From positions 449 through 64,448 of IMG/VR virus record IMGVR_UViG_3300005989_000005: DNA of 64,000 bases; one strand, written 5' to 3'. The notes under the pieces are model-generated. The model searched no databases. It saw only the letters and a list, made by a program, of their open reading frames with translations, and was not told the origin of the DNA. The DNA is from a virus (taxonomy: Duplodnaviria > Caudoviricetes). The position numbers were made by a program, and so were the translations under genes. Every line of letters starts with the position of its first letter. Position 1 is the stretch's first letter. Positions 52,429 through 60,786 of this stretch are shown here, piece by piece.

Positions 52429-54309
52429 TTAGTGAACGTCGCTATAAGCTCGGCCAAATTGTACGTCAACACCTAGTTGAACGTTTAGCTTGAGCTTGTT
52501 ATTTACTGTTTGAATTGCTGTCTTAAGCAGGGACGTAGCTTTCTCTCTGTTACCTTTACGAACCTCTAGGACAACCTCATCGTGAAATTGAGCTGTGAGT
52601 TGACTACGTTGTTTTCTCACCTCTCTGACCCAAGTGTCAAAGCAATAGACACCTGTACCTTGGTTAAGGGTGGAAAACTTATCTTTGTCGTAACGAAGAG
52701 AATACCAGAACTTAGACACAGGGTTGTACAACCACTTCTGACCACTCACCGTCTTAGTGACGCAATCATCAGCAATCTTACGTACAGCCCAGTTACGTTT
52801 CCAATAACCTTCTAGAAGCTCTTTGGCCTTGGCAACTGTGGTCTTAAGCTCTCTAGCAAGCTTAGCAGCTCCCACCCCATAGACAGCGGAGTAGTTCACC
52901 ACCTTGTAAATCTTACGAAGACCAGCAACCTGCTTGATAAGAGCAGCAAGATTAGCCCCAATGTCGTGGTCATCCTTATGTGCCAAGTAGAGGGAAACAT
53001 CATCCTCAGATACCGCACCAGAACGCTTAGCCAAATCGAGGTGGGGGTCGAACCCCTTTTGGGACATCTCGATAACATACTCTGGATCGTAGAAGTACAT
53101 GTAGTGCTTCTTAGTGTTATCTTCAAGACTGTTCATGTCAGACCCAACTAATTCGTGGTCATCACGAGCAATCAGACAACCCCTTACGTCTTTTCCATAA
53201 GGCTTGTCGATGCCGGGTAGGTTGACAATCTCTGTGTGCTTGAAGCGTAATGTGTTAGTCAGTCCTTGAACTCTGGCCCTAAGAAATCCCTCATCGTCCA
53301 CATTTTCGAGGAAGCCTTTGAGGATACCAATCCTGTGCTTAAGAATTGAAAGACCTGCGAGTTCATTAATGGCAGGCTCTTGTTCCGCAAGCTCAAGAAC
53401 ACTAGGGCAAATATCAGGGGAGTTAGGAAGCTTAACCTGAGGGATTTTCCTCTCTGTGTCATCATCCTCCTTAACGAATTTGAATGTGATTGGTTCCCAA
53501 CCCAGGCTAAACAGCCAATCTTTGATTTGTTCAGGACTATTGGGGTTAGGGTCTTCTTCTTTGGTGACAATATATATAGGTGCTGAATGGTCTTTTGTCA
53601 AGCCCTGTTCGCGTAAATATTTTTGCCACTTAGCCCCCTCTACAGAGAGAGTTCCGTCTTTTTTGTAAGGTTTAGCCGGAGGCTCTTTCTTAGCGAGCTT
53701 TTTCACCTTAGGCATGACAGAGGCCAAAGCCTCTACCTTCGGTTGTTGTTCTGCTTCGAGACGTGCTAATGCTTCTTTGCAGAACGGAATATCTAGTCGC
53801 CACCTACTACGCTCTTGCTCTCTTGCACAAGAAGCTTTAAAGGTTAGATAAGAGATGATAGGAAGCTTTTCAGGCTCTTCTGTATCATACAGACGGGCTA
53901 AGTAACTCTTTTGTTTCGTCCAAAGACGAAGGTTAATAGCAACGTCAGACTCGCATCTGAACTTATACACTTCGTACGAAAGATTCTCCCAATCGTTAAC
54001 CTTAGGCTTTTCAATCCCTAAATCTTTTCCCCACCATTCAAGACCATGAAGTTGGCGTTCGGGGTATAGGTAGTACGAAAGGTAGAGTGTGTCGATAAGC
54101 TTAGCTTTGATACTAATACTTAGGAGACGTTCAAGAGCAGGAACGTCGTAACACACGATGTTGTGGCCCACTAATACTGACTGAGAGAGGAGCCATGCCC
54201 TCATGTCATCATAATGTCGTAGTGAATGAATGACACCTTCGTCTTCGTAGGATAAGACGTGTATCTTAGTGGGACTTAGGCCATCGGTTTCAATATCAAA
54301 GACTGGCAC
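52429..54309 (-). CDS. Family A DNA polymerase with 3'-5' exonuclease
   Basis: FDIET, GHN...YD, YC..DV; D...LE motif A, K..NYS.VYG motif B, FHDE motif C. Confidence 0.96.
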   Translation of the reverse strand: MPVFDIETDGLSPTKIHVLSYEDEGVIHSLRHYDDMRAWLLSQSVLVGHNIVCYDVPALERLLSISIKAKLIDTLYLSYYLYPERQLHGLEWWGKDLGIEKPKVNDWENLSYEVYKFRCESDVAINLRLWTKQKSYLARLYDTEEPEKLPIISYLTFKASCAREQERSRWRLDIPFCKEALARLEAEQQPKVEALASVMPKVKKLAKKEPPAKPYKKDGTLSVEGAKWQKYLREQGLTKDHSAPIYIVTKEEDPNPNSPEQIKDWLFSLGWEPITFKFVKEDDDTERKIPQVKLPNSPDICPSVLELAEQEPAINELAGLSILKHRIGILKGFLENVDDEGFLRARVQGLTNTLRFKHTEIVNLPGIDKPYGKDVRGCLIARDDHELVGSDMNSLEDNTKKHYMYFYDPEYVIEMSQKGFDPHLDLAKRSGAVSEDDVSLYLAHKDDHDIGANLAALIKQVAGLRKIYKVVNYSAVYGVGAAKLARELKTTVAKAKELLEGYWKRNWAVRKIADDCVTKTVSGQKWLYNPVSKFWYSLRYDKDKFSTLNQGTGVYCFDTWVREVRKQRSQLTAQFHDEVVLEVRKGNREKATSLLKTAIQTVNNKLKLNVQLGVDVQFGRAYSDVH

Positions 54310-54320
54310 TTACCCCCCTT

Positions 54321-54497
54321 TCATTTAGTATACTCCGGGCATGTTTTAGAAAAATCTGAGAAAGCAACAGGGGGATGACCTTGGTCATGTCCCCACCATT
54401 CCCTAGCAGCTTGATGAATCTCATCTGTCCAATGGCGGGGACATTTGTCATTTTTACAATCTGATGAACAGAAGGTTTGATCTTTATAACAAATCAT
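54321..54497 (-). CDS. 58-aa Cys-rich hypothetical protein
   Basis: MICYKDQTFC...C..C.RH; ATGA overlap. Confidence 0.6.
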   Translation of the reverse strand: MICYKDQTFCSSDCKNDKCPRHWTDEIHQAAREWWGHDQGHPPVAFSDFSKTCPEYTK

Positions 54498-54814
54498 TTA
54501 ATCAACCAATCCATGTTTAACCAGTCAGTGTTTTCCGGCATAAGTTCTACCTTATCTCCGTGCTTCTCTTTCAAGGCAGCCCAGATATAAGCATTGTTCC
54601 TGCGAAGGCCATAAGCCTCTTTATGACATTGATACTGAGAGCCGCTACTACCATAAAAATTGTAGTGTGCCTCCCCAGAAGATACACGAGTGATGCCAGA
54701 GTTCATCCTCCAACTGTCCCCTTGAGTGTAGCCTCCAGACCAACCAGCTAAAACCTTGTAGTGAGGGGGTTTAGTGTTGAACTTAATGATAACCCAGTTA
54801 TCTGGTGTGTACAT
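54494..54814 (-). CDS. Conserved phage hypothetical protein
   Basis: YTPDNWV...YKVLAGWSGGY..GDSWRMNSGI...F.G.SGS.Y.C. Confidence 0.8.
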   Translation of the reverse strand: MYTPDNWVIIKFNTKPPHYKVLAGWSGGYTQGDSWRMNSGITRVSSGEAHYNFYGSSGSQYQCHKEAYGLRRNNAYIWAALKEKHGDKVELMPENTDWLNMDWLIK

Positions 54815-54817
54815 TCT

Positions 54818-55117
54818 CTATCCTAACAACATTTGACAAACAGTGACGATAGCTGTGGTCCATTCCTCAACCATCACAGGGACTTGAGTTACCACTTTCC
54901 AACCGGGGGCAGCAATGACAGTGAACTCATCAGGAATCTCTACAGCATTAAGACGAACAATCACCTCTTGGTCCAAGAGGGTTTGTTGTACAATGTTGCT
55001 TGGGAAGTGAGTGAGGCTGTTGACGTATTCAATGTTGATACATTCACCATTAGGGGTGGCTCGTAGTTCTGAGTAGGTGGGGCTTCCCCATGAGAAGAAA
55101 TCTTTCACCTCGTTCAT
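54818..55117 (-). CDS. Hypothetical protein
   Basis: Start MNEVKD via ATGA overlap. Confidence 0.6.
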   Translation of the reverse strand: MNEVKDFFSWGSPTYSELRATPNGECINIEYVNSLTHFPSNIVQQTLLDQEVIVRLNAVEIPDEFTVIAAPGWKVVTQVPVMVEEWTTAIVTVCQMLLG

Positions 55118-55254
55118 TGCCCACCTCCCGCGCGGATGGCGTCCTCGGTCGCTTTCCCGTAGCCCTCCGCGTATCCGTCGCCCCATCCGTTCTGGTAGGC
55201 TTCATCACGATTGCGCTGGATTTCGTCTTTGGTTGCTTTGCTTTCGCGGCTCAT
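55114..55254 (-). CDS. 46-aa peptide in GC-rich island
   Basis: MSRESK...AYQNGWGDGYAEGYGK; coupled on both sides. Confidence 0.55.
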   Translation of the reverse strand: MSRESKATKDEIQRNRDEAYQNGWGDGYAEGYGKATEDAIRAGGGQ

Positions 55255-55466
55255 TGGATAACTGCCCCCGTGAAACTGCCAAGATTAACGGCATACCAAA
55301 TGCCTTTGCTGTCTGGACCGCAGGCGCAGGCAACGGCATCGCCCGGCCCACACTCGTCGCCGTCAATGTCGATCCAGTTAGTGATTGGCACTTGCTGCCC
55401 ATCGCTCAGAATCGCGATGCATCTAGCACGGTGGATGGCGTCTACCTCAAGCCCGCTGTCACCCAT
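55251..55466 (-). CDS. 71-aa hypothetical protein in GC-rich island
   Basis: Start MGDSG after GGAGG. Confidence 0.65.
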   Translation of the reverse strand: MGDSGLEVDAIHRARCIAILSDGQQVPITNWIDIDGDECGPGDAVACACGPDSKGIWYAVNLGSFTGAVIQ

Positions 55467-56400
55467 TGCTGCCTCCATCGGTGAGGGCGGCGCAGACACC
55501 CGGAATGTGCAGAACCTTTTGCAGCTTGTTAGATTGAGCGGCGAACGCCTTTTTCCAACTCTCGCTCTCTTCCTCCATCCGCGCCAGACGGTCGCGCAGG
55601 GTGGCGGCTTCGGCCTCGGCGGTTTCCATCCGCGCCTCGGCATCTGAGCGCTGCTCTCGTACATCTGCCACCGTCGCGGCAACTGCGGCGTCCATTTCCG
55701 CCACCGTCGCGGTCAGCGCCGCGATGCGGGCGGCGGCTTCCGACATGGGTGATTTGATTTCCCCAACTGTTAGACCCGGCTTTCCGTCTGCGTCATAGGT
55801 GCGCGCGTCGGGCGATGCGGTGCCAAAAGCCCGAAGCATCAAGACTTCATGCTCATTCAGCAACCGTTCCACCAGATCATCACCCGGCGCGAGGTGGCGG
55901 GCGATAAGGGCGAGGGCGGCTGTAGACCGCGCCAAGCACTCGAACAGCGCGGCCAGCTTGGCGGCATCAACGCGGCCTTGCAGGTCATTGTGGATGTGGC
56001 TCAGAACGCGGGCGTTCTCGCGGTGCGCCTCCACCAGTTCCGCCACCACCCCGGCGTCGGGGGTGTCCAGCGCTGCGAGAATGCGGGCCTCGTAATCGGC
56101 CTGCGCAGCGGCTTTGGCGTCATCTAGGTGCAGAGACGTGTGCTTAAATTTGTCGCTCCACCCGTAAACAAGGAAAAAGCCCTCGATATAGTGAATGATA
56201 TAAGGACCAGCTTTCCACTTGTTTTCAGAGTGCCGTGGCAGAGCGCAAACTTCCCACTCCAACGGCTTCACCCGCACCCCCGGCGCGTCAGGTGCGGGGG
56301 GAAGGGCGGCGAGCCGATCTGCTTGCATGTCCCATTGGGGTGCGGTCTTGGCACCTTCCACGATGCGTTGCAGCGGCGCGGCCAAAGTGTAATCAGTCAT
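55459..56400 (-). CDS. Mosaic accessory protein of temperate alphaproteobacterial phage type
   Basis: VRVKPLEW...AKAAAQADYEARILAAL, coiled coil; GC-rich. Confidence 0.7.
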   Translation of the reverse strand: MTDYTLAAPLQRIVEGAKTAPQWDMQADRLAALPPAPDAPGVRVKPLEWEVCALPRHSENKWKAGPYIIHYIEGFFLVYGWSDKFKHTSLHLDDAKAAAQADYEARILAALDTPDAGVVAELVEAHRENARVLSHIHNDLQGRVDAAKLAALFECLARSTAALALIARHLAPGDDLVERLLNEHEVLMLRAFGTASPDARTYDADGKPGLTVGEIKSPMSEAAARIAALTATVAEMDAAVAATVADVREQRSDAEARMETAEAEAATLRDRLARMEEESESWKKAFAAQSNKLQKVLHIPGVCAALTDGGSNG

Positions 56401-56467
56401 GTAAATCTCCAAAGATGATTACAAACAGGGTGGCAACTACAAGAGCAAAAATTACAACCTCAGTCAT
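56393..56467 (-). CDS. 24-aa membrane peptide
   Basis: MTEVVIFALVVATLFVIIFGDLHD; coupled to the sigma stop. Confidence 0.45.
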   Translation of the reverse strand: MTEVVIFALVVATLFVIIFGDLHD

Positions 56468-56916
56468 CGTTCACTCTCCCTGAATCTAGACACGATCTTA
56501 CGAACGTTGTCCTGTGTAAGCCCCAACAAAGGGGCAATCTCAGCATAGGTGTTACCAAGGACAAAATAGCCAAGCAAAGCTTGTTTGTGTTTGGTATTGC
56601 TAACACCCTTGACATAATCACGAAGGTTAGGTTCTTCTTCGTAAGCCAGCAAATCGTTCTCTAGCACAAGATCAATGTCATACATAGGAGGACGTTTCTT
56701 AAGCTCTCGTAAATGCTTCCAGACACAAGAAAAGAGGATTTTGGTAAACCACCCCTTTAATGACCCCTTACGTTTGTCGTATTGGTCAATACAGATCATG
56801 GCCCTTGTGAAAGCATCTTGAACAATGTCTTCTGCAACATCCCAATTTTGTACATAGGGCCTCACCTTAGAGACGAAGGATTTTCGGTAGTTTGTGTATA
56901 AGGTTTCAATATTCAC
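56464..56916 (-). CDS. ECF-type RNA polymerase sigma factor
   Basis: Region 2 AEDIVQDAF.RA...YD...G.LKGW; region 4 TYAEIA.LLGL...NVRKIVSR. Confidence 0.9.
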   Translation of the reverse strand: MNIETLYTNYRKSFVSKVRPYVQNWDVAEDIVQDAFTRAMICIDQYDKRKGSLKGWFTKILFSCVWKHLRELKKRPPMYDIDLVLENDLLAYEEEPNLRDYVKGVSNTKHKQALLGYFVLGNTYAEIAPLLGLTQDNVRKIVSRFRESER

Positions 56917-57143
56917 AGATAATACTCCAAAGGACGATCTGGGGGAGGGCAGAGGTTAAAAACGTGTTTGTCAACCCTATCTACACTGTGCCCAAAGTAT
57001 AACAGCAAATGCTCTTGAATCTCCGGGCAGGGTTTTCCTTCAACTGGCTTGGAGAGGTCGTATTTCATGCTGGTAGCCCAGTTTGTATAGACCCGAAGTG
57101 TAAAATCATCACACTTACTAGGGTCAAAAATATACATCATCAC
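56913..57143 (-). CDS. Tagged microprotein 8 (ends RPLEYYL, variant tag)
   Basis: 76-aa coupled ORF. Confidence 0.7.
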   Translation of the reverse strand: MMMYIFDPSKCDDFTLRVYTNWATSMKYDLSKPVEGKPCPEIQEHLLLYFGHSVDRVDKHVFNLCPPPDRPLEYYL

Positions 57144-57388
57144 AAATATTCCTCAAGCTCTTTAGTTACAAGGGGTAAAGGTGTAAGATCACAGTGTCTG
57201 TACTCGTTGGTACATCCGTTTTCCCACCTGACGGTGTAACAGTAGTCCCCATCTTCATACGCAGCTTGGTCTTCCTCAAAATATGCAAAGATCGTACCCA
57301 GCATGTTGTGGGGGTTGTCGCCATAATCTGCATACTCCTCCTTCCCCCCTTCTGACATTCTTACTCGTGTACCGATTGGAAGCGTCAT
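57140..57388 (-). CDS. Tagged microprotein 9 (LPIGTRV start, ends KELEEYL)
   Basis: 82 aa; SH3-like Y.VRW.NG..N.Y. Confidence 0.8.
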   Translation of the reverse strand: MTLPIGTRVRMSEGGKEEYADYGDNPHNMLGTIFAYFEEDQAAYEDGDYCYTVRWENGCTNEYRHCDLTPLPLVTKELEEYL

Positions 57389-57606
57389 AAGTAATCCTCC
57401 AACTCTTTGTTTACCACAACTGGGTTAAGGTCGTCAATTTCGTACACGTTAGTGGAGTGTCTATCCCAGTGAACCCTGTAGCAAAAATCACCTCTTACTA
57501 TGTATTCAGTGATATTACCGGCCTGACCATGAGGGTTATGGGGAGCGTTCTTGTACCGTCTTTTACCAACTTGTGAGAGAAAGACCTCAGTTCCAATAGG
57601 AAGCAT
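57385..57606 (-). CDS. Tagged microprotein 10 (LPIGTEV start, ends KELEDYL)
   Basis: 73 aa; paralogue of 57140 (NPHG..G.I...Y.V.W...N.Y...DL). Confidence 0.8.
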   Translation of the reverse strand: MLPIGTEVFLSQVGKRRYKNAPHNPHGQAGNITEYIVRGDFCYRVHWDRHSTNVYEIDDLNPVVVNKELEDYL

Positions 57607-57607
57607 A

Positions 57608-59314
57608 TTACACCTCTACGAATCGGCCAGTGTTTTTGTTGTAGAACAGTTGGTATTTACCAGAGCTGCCCCAATTCCTGTCCTCAAGCACACGAAGCTC
57701 TCGTGTGTTACGAACCTCCTCAGGAAGGTCTGGGTCTTTGTTGCCTAGCAAAGCAAGCATTAAGTGACAACTACGTTGCATAGCACGAGAGCCAGCAAAC
57801 TGAGACGAATAGACAGACCCACCCATCTCATGAGAGCAATTACCAAGATCGACGTATTGCTGTTGCTTGTAGAAACTATTACGTTTGTCCTCTGCAATTT
57901 GGCCTTCTGGGGCCTTGAGGTGACAGAAGATGAAGGCTGTGAATTGCATATCAGCAGCCATGCCTGCAAGCTCTTGAGCAAAAGATTGAAGCAGCGTGTT
58001 AGCGTCTCCTGAGTTAACACCATTAGACAACGAAGTAACCGGGTCAACGAAGACAGCTTTAGCCCCCAGCTCTGCTGCTACAGCAATGTCTTTCTTCAAG
58101 CTCTCCCAACCAAGATATTGGTAGAGGTTAAGCATCAGAAGCTTGTCTTTCATAATTCGACCAGCCTCTTCGTAAGCTTCCTCCTCAAAAGGGATTTTGG
58201 GGTCGTGAAAGACCTTACCTGTGAGCTGGTTAGCCAGAAGCTTGTAGGTCATAACGTTAGGTTCTTCTGGTGCTGCCATGAACACCTTAACCTTATCCTC
58301 AGCAATGAAGTGCGCACCAAGAGCGTTCTTCACTGTGGTCTTGCCCATCTTAGTGCCAGCACCTAGGTAGATAGTCTCCCCAAGACGAATGCCACGAAGA
58401 TCGTCGTTCATCTGTTTCCAAGGCCAAGACAGCTCACCATACTTGGCAGGTTCTTTGGCACGTTCGTGAATATCGAATGCTGTGACGATTCGTGTATTCT
58501 TTGGCGTCTCTGAATGGAATGCAATAGCATTGTAGGCTGCCTTAGCCTTGCCTTCAATAAGGGCTTGGTTAGCGTCTTTGGTGGGCAGCTTAGCACTCTT
58601 AGCGTGGGGCAGAGCTAACATAGCTTTCTCCACAGCCCTGCGCCCCGGCTCATCATCGTCAAAGCAAAGAATAACCTCTTTGAAAAGACGACGAATATCC
58701 TCTGCGTGTTTAGTTAACACCTTCTTAGCAGAAGAGGCCCCATGAGGGAGGGAGACGACAGCAGGATGATAGTCAGCATCTCCGTGCATCTCATAGATGC
58801 GGTCAATGGAAGCCATGTCTTCTGGCCCCTCAGTGACAATGAGACGGTATGCACCAGAGGACTTAGCCTGCTCCCAATTAAGGAGGTCACAGTCTCGTGT
58901 GTCCCCAATATTGTAGGGAGGACAGCTCTTGTCCAACACCTTTACGTGGTAGCCTGTAAGCTTCCCGTCTTTGGTGACAGGCCAATAGATTGCTGTAGGA
59001 GTAGTGCCATCACGCTCTGACATAGAGACGTGGGCACCAAATTTAGACAAGGTGGATTCACGAAGCTTACGAACAGGTACATTCACAACTGGGTATGACG
59101 TGACCTCAGCAATCTCGGTTTGGATTTCTTCTTCTGTTTTCTCTTTTCGTTTCGGCATATCGGTGATAGATCGGCCATCTCCGTAAGGATCACGAACAAA
59201 AGTGTCGCACGAAAAACAGTAGCCACTAATAGACCCGTCGTCTTGTGCAAAAACTTTTAAGGCACGTTTTGTACCGCAAGTGTGTGGCAAAGCGTCAATC
59301 TGAACACCCGGCAT
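57608..59314 (-). CDS. Primase-helicase (T7 gp4-like)
   Basis: Zn finger H.C...YCFSC, TOPRIM EGPED/FDDDEPG, Walker A GAGTKMGKT. Confidence 0.93.
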   Translation of the reverse strand: MPGVQIDALPHTCGTKRALKVFAQDDGSISGYCFSCDTFVRDPYGDGRSITDMPKRKEKTEEEIQTEIAEVTSYPVVNVPVRKLRESTLSKFGAHVSMSERDGTTPTAIYWPVTKDGKLTGYHVKVLDKSCPPYNIGDTRDCDLLNWEQAKSSGAYRLIVTEGPEDMASIDRIYEMHGDADYHPAVVSLPHGASSAKKVLTKHAEDIRRLFKEVILCFDDDEPGRRAVEKAMLALPHAKSAKLPTKDANQALIEGKAKAAYNAIAFHSETPKNTRIVTAFDIHERAKEPAKYGELSWPWKQMNDDLRGIRLGETIYLGAGTKMGKTTVKNALGAHFIAEDKVKVFMAAPEEPNVMTYKLLANQLTGKVFHDPKIPFEEEAYEEAGRIMKDKLLMLNLYQYLGWESLKKDIAVAAELGAKAVFVDPVTSLSNGVNSGDANTLLQSFAQELAGMAADMQFTAFIFCHLKAPEGQIAEDKRNSFYKQQQYVDLGNCSHEMGGSVYSSQFAGSRAMQRSCHLMLALLGNKDPDLPEEVRNTRELRVLEDRNWGSSGKYQLFYNKNTGRFVEV

Positions 59315-59329
59315 TATTTTTCCTTCTTA

Positions 59330-59566
59330 TTACATGTATTCGTCTAGTTCTTTGTTAGTCACTGGCTCCAACCTCTCAAACCACTGATGCTGCCACCAAA
59401 CATCAGGCATTAACTCAAGTTGAACCCCCAGAGAGGGGGAAGAGTTAATAACTTCTTGTGGTTTTGTCGGGTTAATGTTGTTGATCACACACTTGTGTAC
59501 CCATATCCCCCAACGTTCTGGAACATCTGTACGACGTTGTAAGATGTCCCCCTCTTTGAACATCAT
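59330..59566 (-). CDS. Tagged microprotein 11 (FKEGDIL start, ends KELDEYM)
   Basis: Start MMFKEG. Confidence 0.8.
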   Translation of the reverse strand: MMFKEGDILQRRTDVPERWGIWVHKCVINNINPTKPQEVINSSPSLGVQLELMPDVWWQHQWFERLEPVTNKELDEYM

Positions 59567-59820
59567 AGCCAGTCCTCCAATTCTGTTTGTGGGTGCACAG
59601 AATAAAAACACCTAACATCCCCCTGCACAAGTTTTCCACCTGAGGTGCGCAGAAATATATTTTCCCTACCCTCTTTGATAAAACCCTCAAAGGTAAAGAT
59701 GGAGTCTTTACCCACCTTGTAACGTTTTTTATAGACATCCCACTTTTTTTGCTGTGTAGGACGAAGATCAGAGGCTTTTCTTTTCAGTGGGGTTCCGAGG
59801 GGCCACACACCTTGTGTCAT
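59563..59820 (-). CDS. Tagged microprotein 12 (ends TELEDWL)
   Basis: 85-aa coupled ORF. Confidence 0.75.
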   Translation of the reverse strand: MTQGVWPLGTPLKRKASDLRPTQQKKWDVYKKRYKVGKDSIFTFEGFIKEGRENIFLRTSGGKLVQGDVRCFYSVHPQTELEDWL

Positions 59821-60053
59821 TACAAGTACTCCTCCAACTCTTTGTCAACAGTGACAGGCACCCAATGGCCTTTTTCTAGGTACAGATTTGCCGGGATAAG
59901 TCTATAAGACCAGTCTTGAGGAACCTCTGCGATGTAAGAGTGACCTTCTTCCCCGACAACCTTAAAAGGTTGGTTTAAATTTACACCATAATCTTTGGCC
60001 CAACGTCTTGTACTACCTCTGTCTTTCTCAGGAACATATCTAACATACATCAC
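59820..60053 (-). CDS. Tagged microprotein 13 (ends KELEEYL)
   Basis: 77-aa coupled ORF. Confidence 0.8.
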   Translation of the reverse strand: MMYVRYVPEKDRGSTRRWAKDYGVNLNQPFKVVGEEGHSYIAEVPQDWSYRLIPANLYLEKGHWVPVTVDKELEEYL

Positions 60054-60283
60054 ATATAGTCCTCTAAATCTTTCTCAGGAGGAACAGGATAGAAGCAATC
60101 CTTAGAAAACCAAACTTTATCCGGCAGTCCATAGTTTGTAAAACTAAACATAAGGTGTTTATCAGAGCTTACAACAGGCTTTAGTTCAACAGGTCGTTTT
60201 GGGTCAAAACCTTTAGATACCATCCACGTATAATGCGCCCTTACTTTAGGGTCTGAGGATTGTTTAAGCAGATACATCATCAC
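60050..60283 (-). CDS. Tagged microprotein 14 (ends KDLEDYM)
   Basis: 77-aa coupled ORF. Confidence 0.8.
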   Translation of the reverse strand: MMMYLLKQSSDPKVRAHYTWMVSKGFDPKRPVELKPVVSSDKHLMFSFTNYGLPDKVWFSKDCFYPVPPEKDLEDYM

Positions 60284-60531
60284 ATATAATCCTCAAGCTG
60301 TTTTCCTACAAGTTTAGTGGGCATAATCTCATCTTGTCTAAAAATGTAAGAGGCAGAGGTGTTACCATTCTTTCCTATATAAGCTGCCTCAATCCTTGAC
60401 CTGTCAAAAGAGGACCAAACAACTTTATATTCAGCAGGCTCTCCCTTTTTAAACCTTTTGAAAGCTGCATTATTTAGGTTGCGTGGGTTGGCAACAATGC
60501 TAACCTTCTCTCCATATCTATAATCCATCAC
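60280..60531 (-). CDS. Tagged microprotein 15 (ends KQLEDYM)
   Basis: 83-aa coupled ORF. Confidence 0.8.
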   Translation of the reverse strand: MMDYRYGEKVSIVANPRNLNNAAFKRFKKGEPAEYKVVWSSFDRSRIEAAYIGKNGNTSASYIFRQDEIMPTKLVGKQLEDYM

Positions 60532-60748
60532 ATGTAATCCTCTAAATCTTTGTCAGGTGGGGTGCAAGGTCAAACATAGTTGACCACCAAGACCCTTGAT
60601 TAATGGCCCCGATTATGGGGTCTGGTCCCAGCATTCCTGTGACAAGCATTGGCTCATAAGGGTCCAGCCCTCTATTCTTACAAGCTGTCATCCAATAACT
60701 TTTAGAGGCCGGGTTTTTCCGTATAATGTATTGACCTACTTTAAACAC
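60528..60748 (-). CDS. Tagged microprotein 16, tag (KDLEDYM) in -1 frame
   Basis: FKVGQYI start; frame 0 stops at 60542, the -1 frame reads PPDKDLEDYM* with its stop overlapping the next start. Confidence 0.7.
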
Positions 60749-60758
60749 CCCTATCTCC

Positions 60759-60786
60759 TATATAACGCTCTCCTCCCCTTTGTCAA
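60759..60786 (-). promoter_or_regulatory. TTGACA-N16-TATATA promoter upstream of tagged-gene array
   Basis: Sense orientation, followed by GGAGA SD and GTG. Confidence 0.6.
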
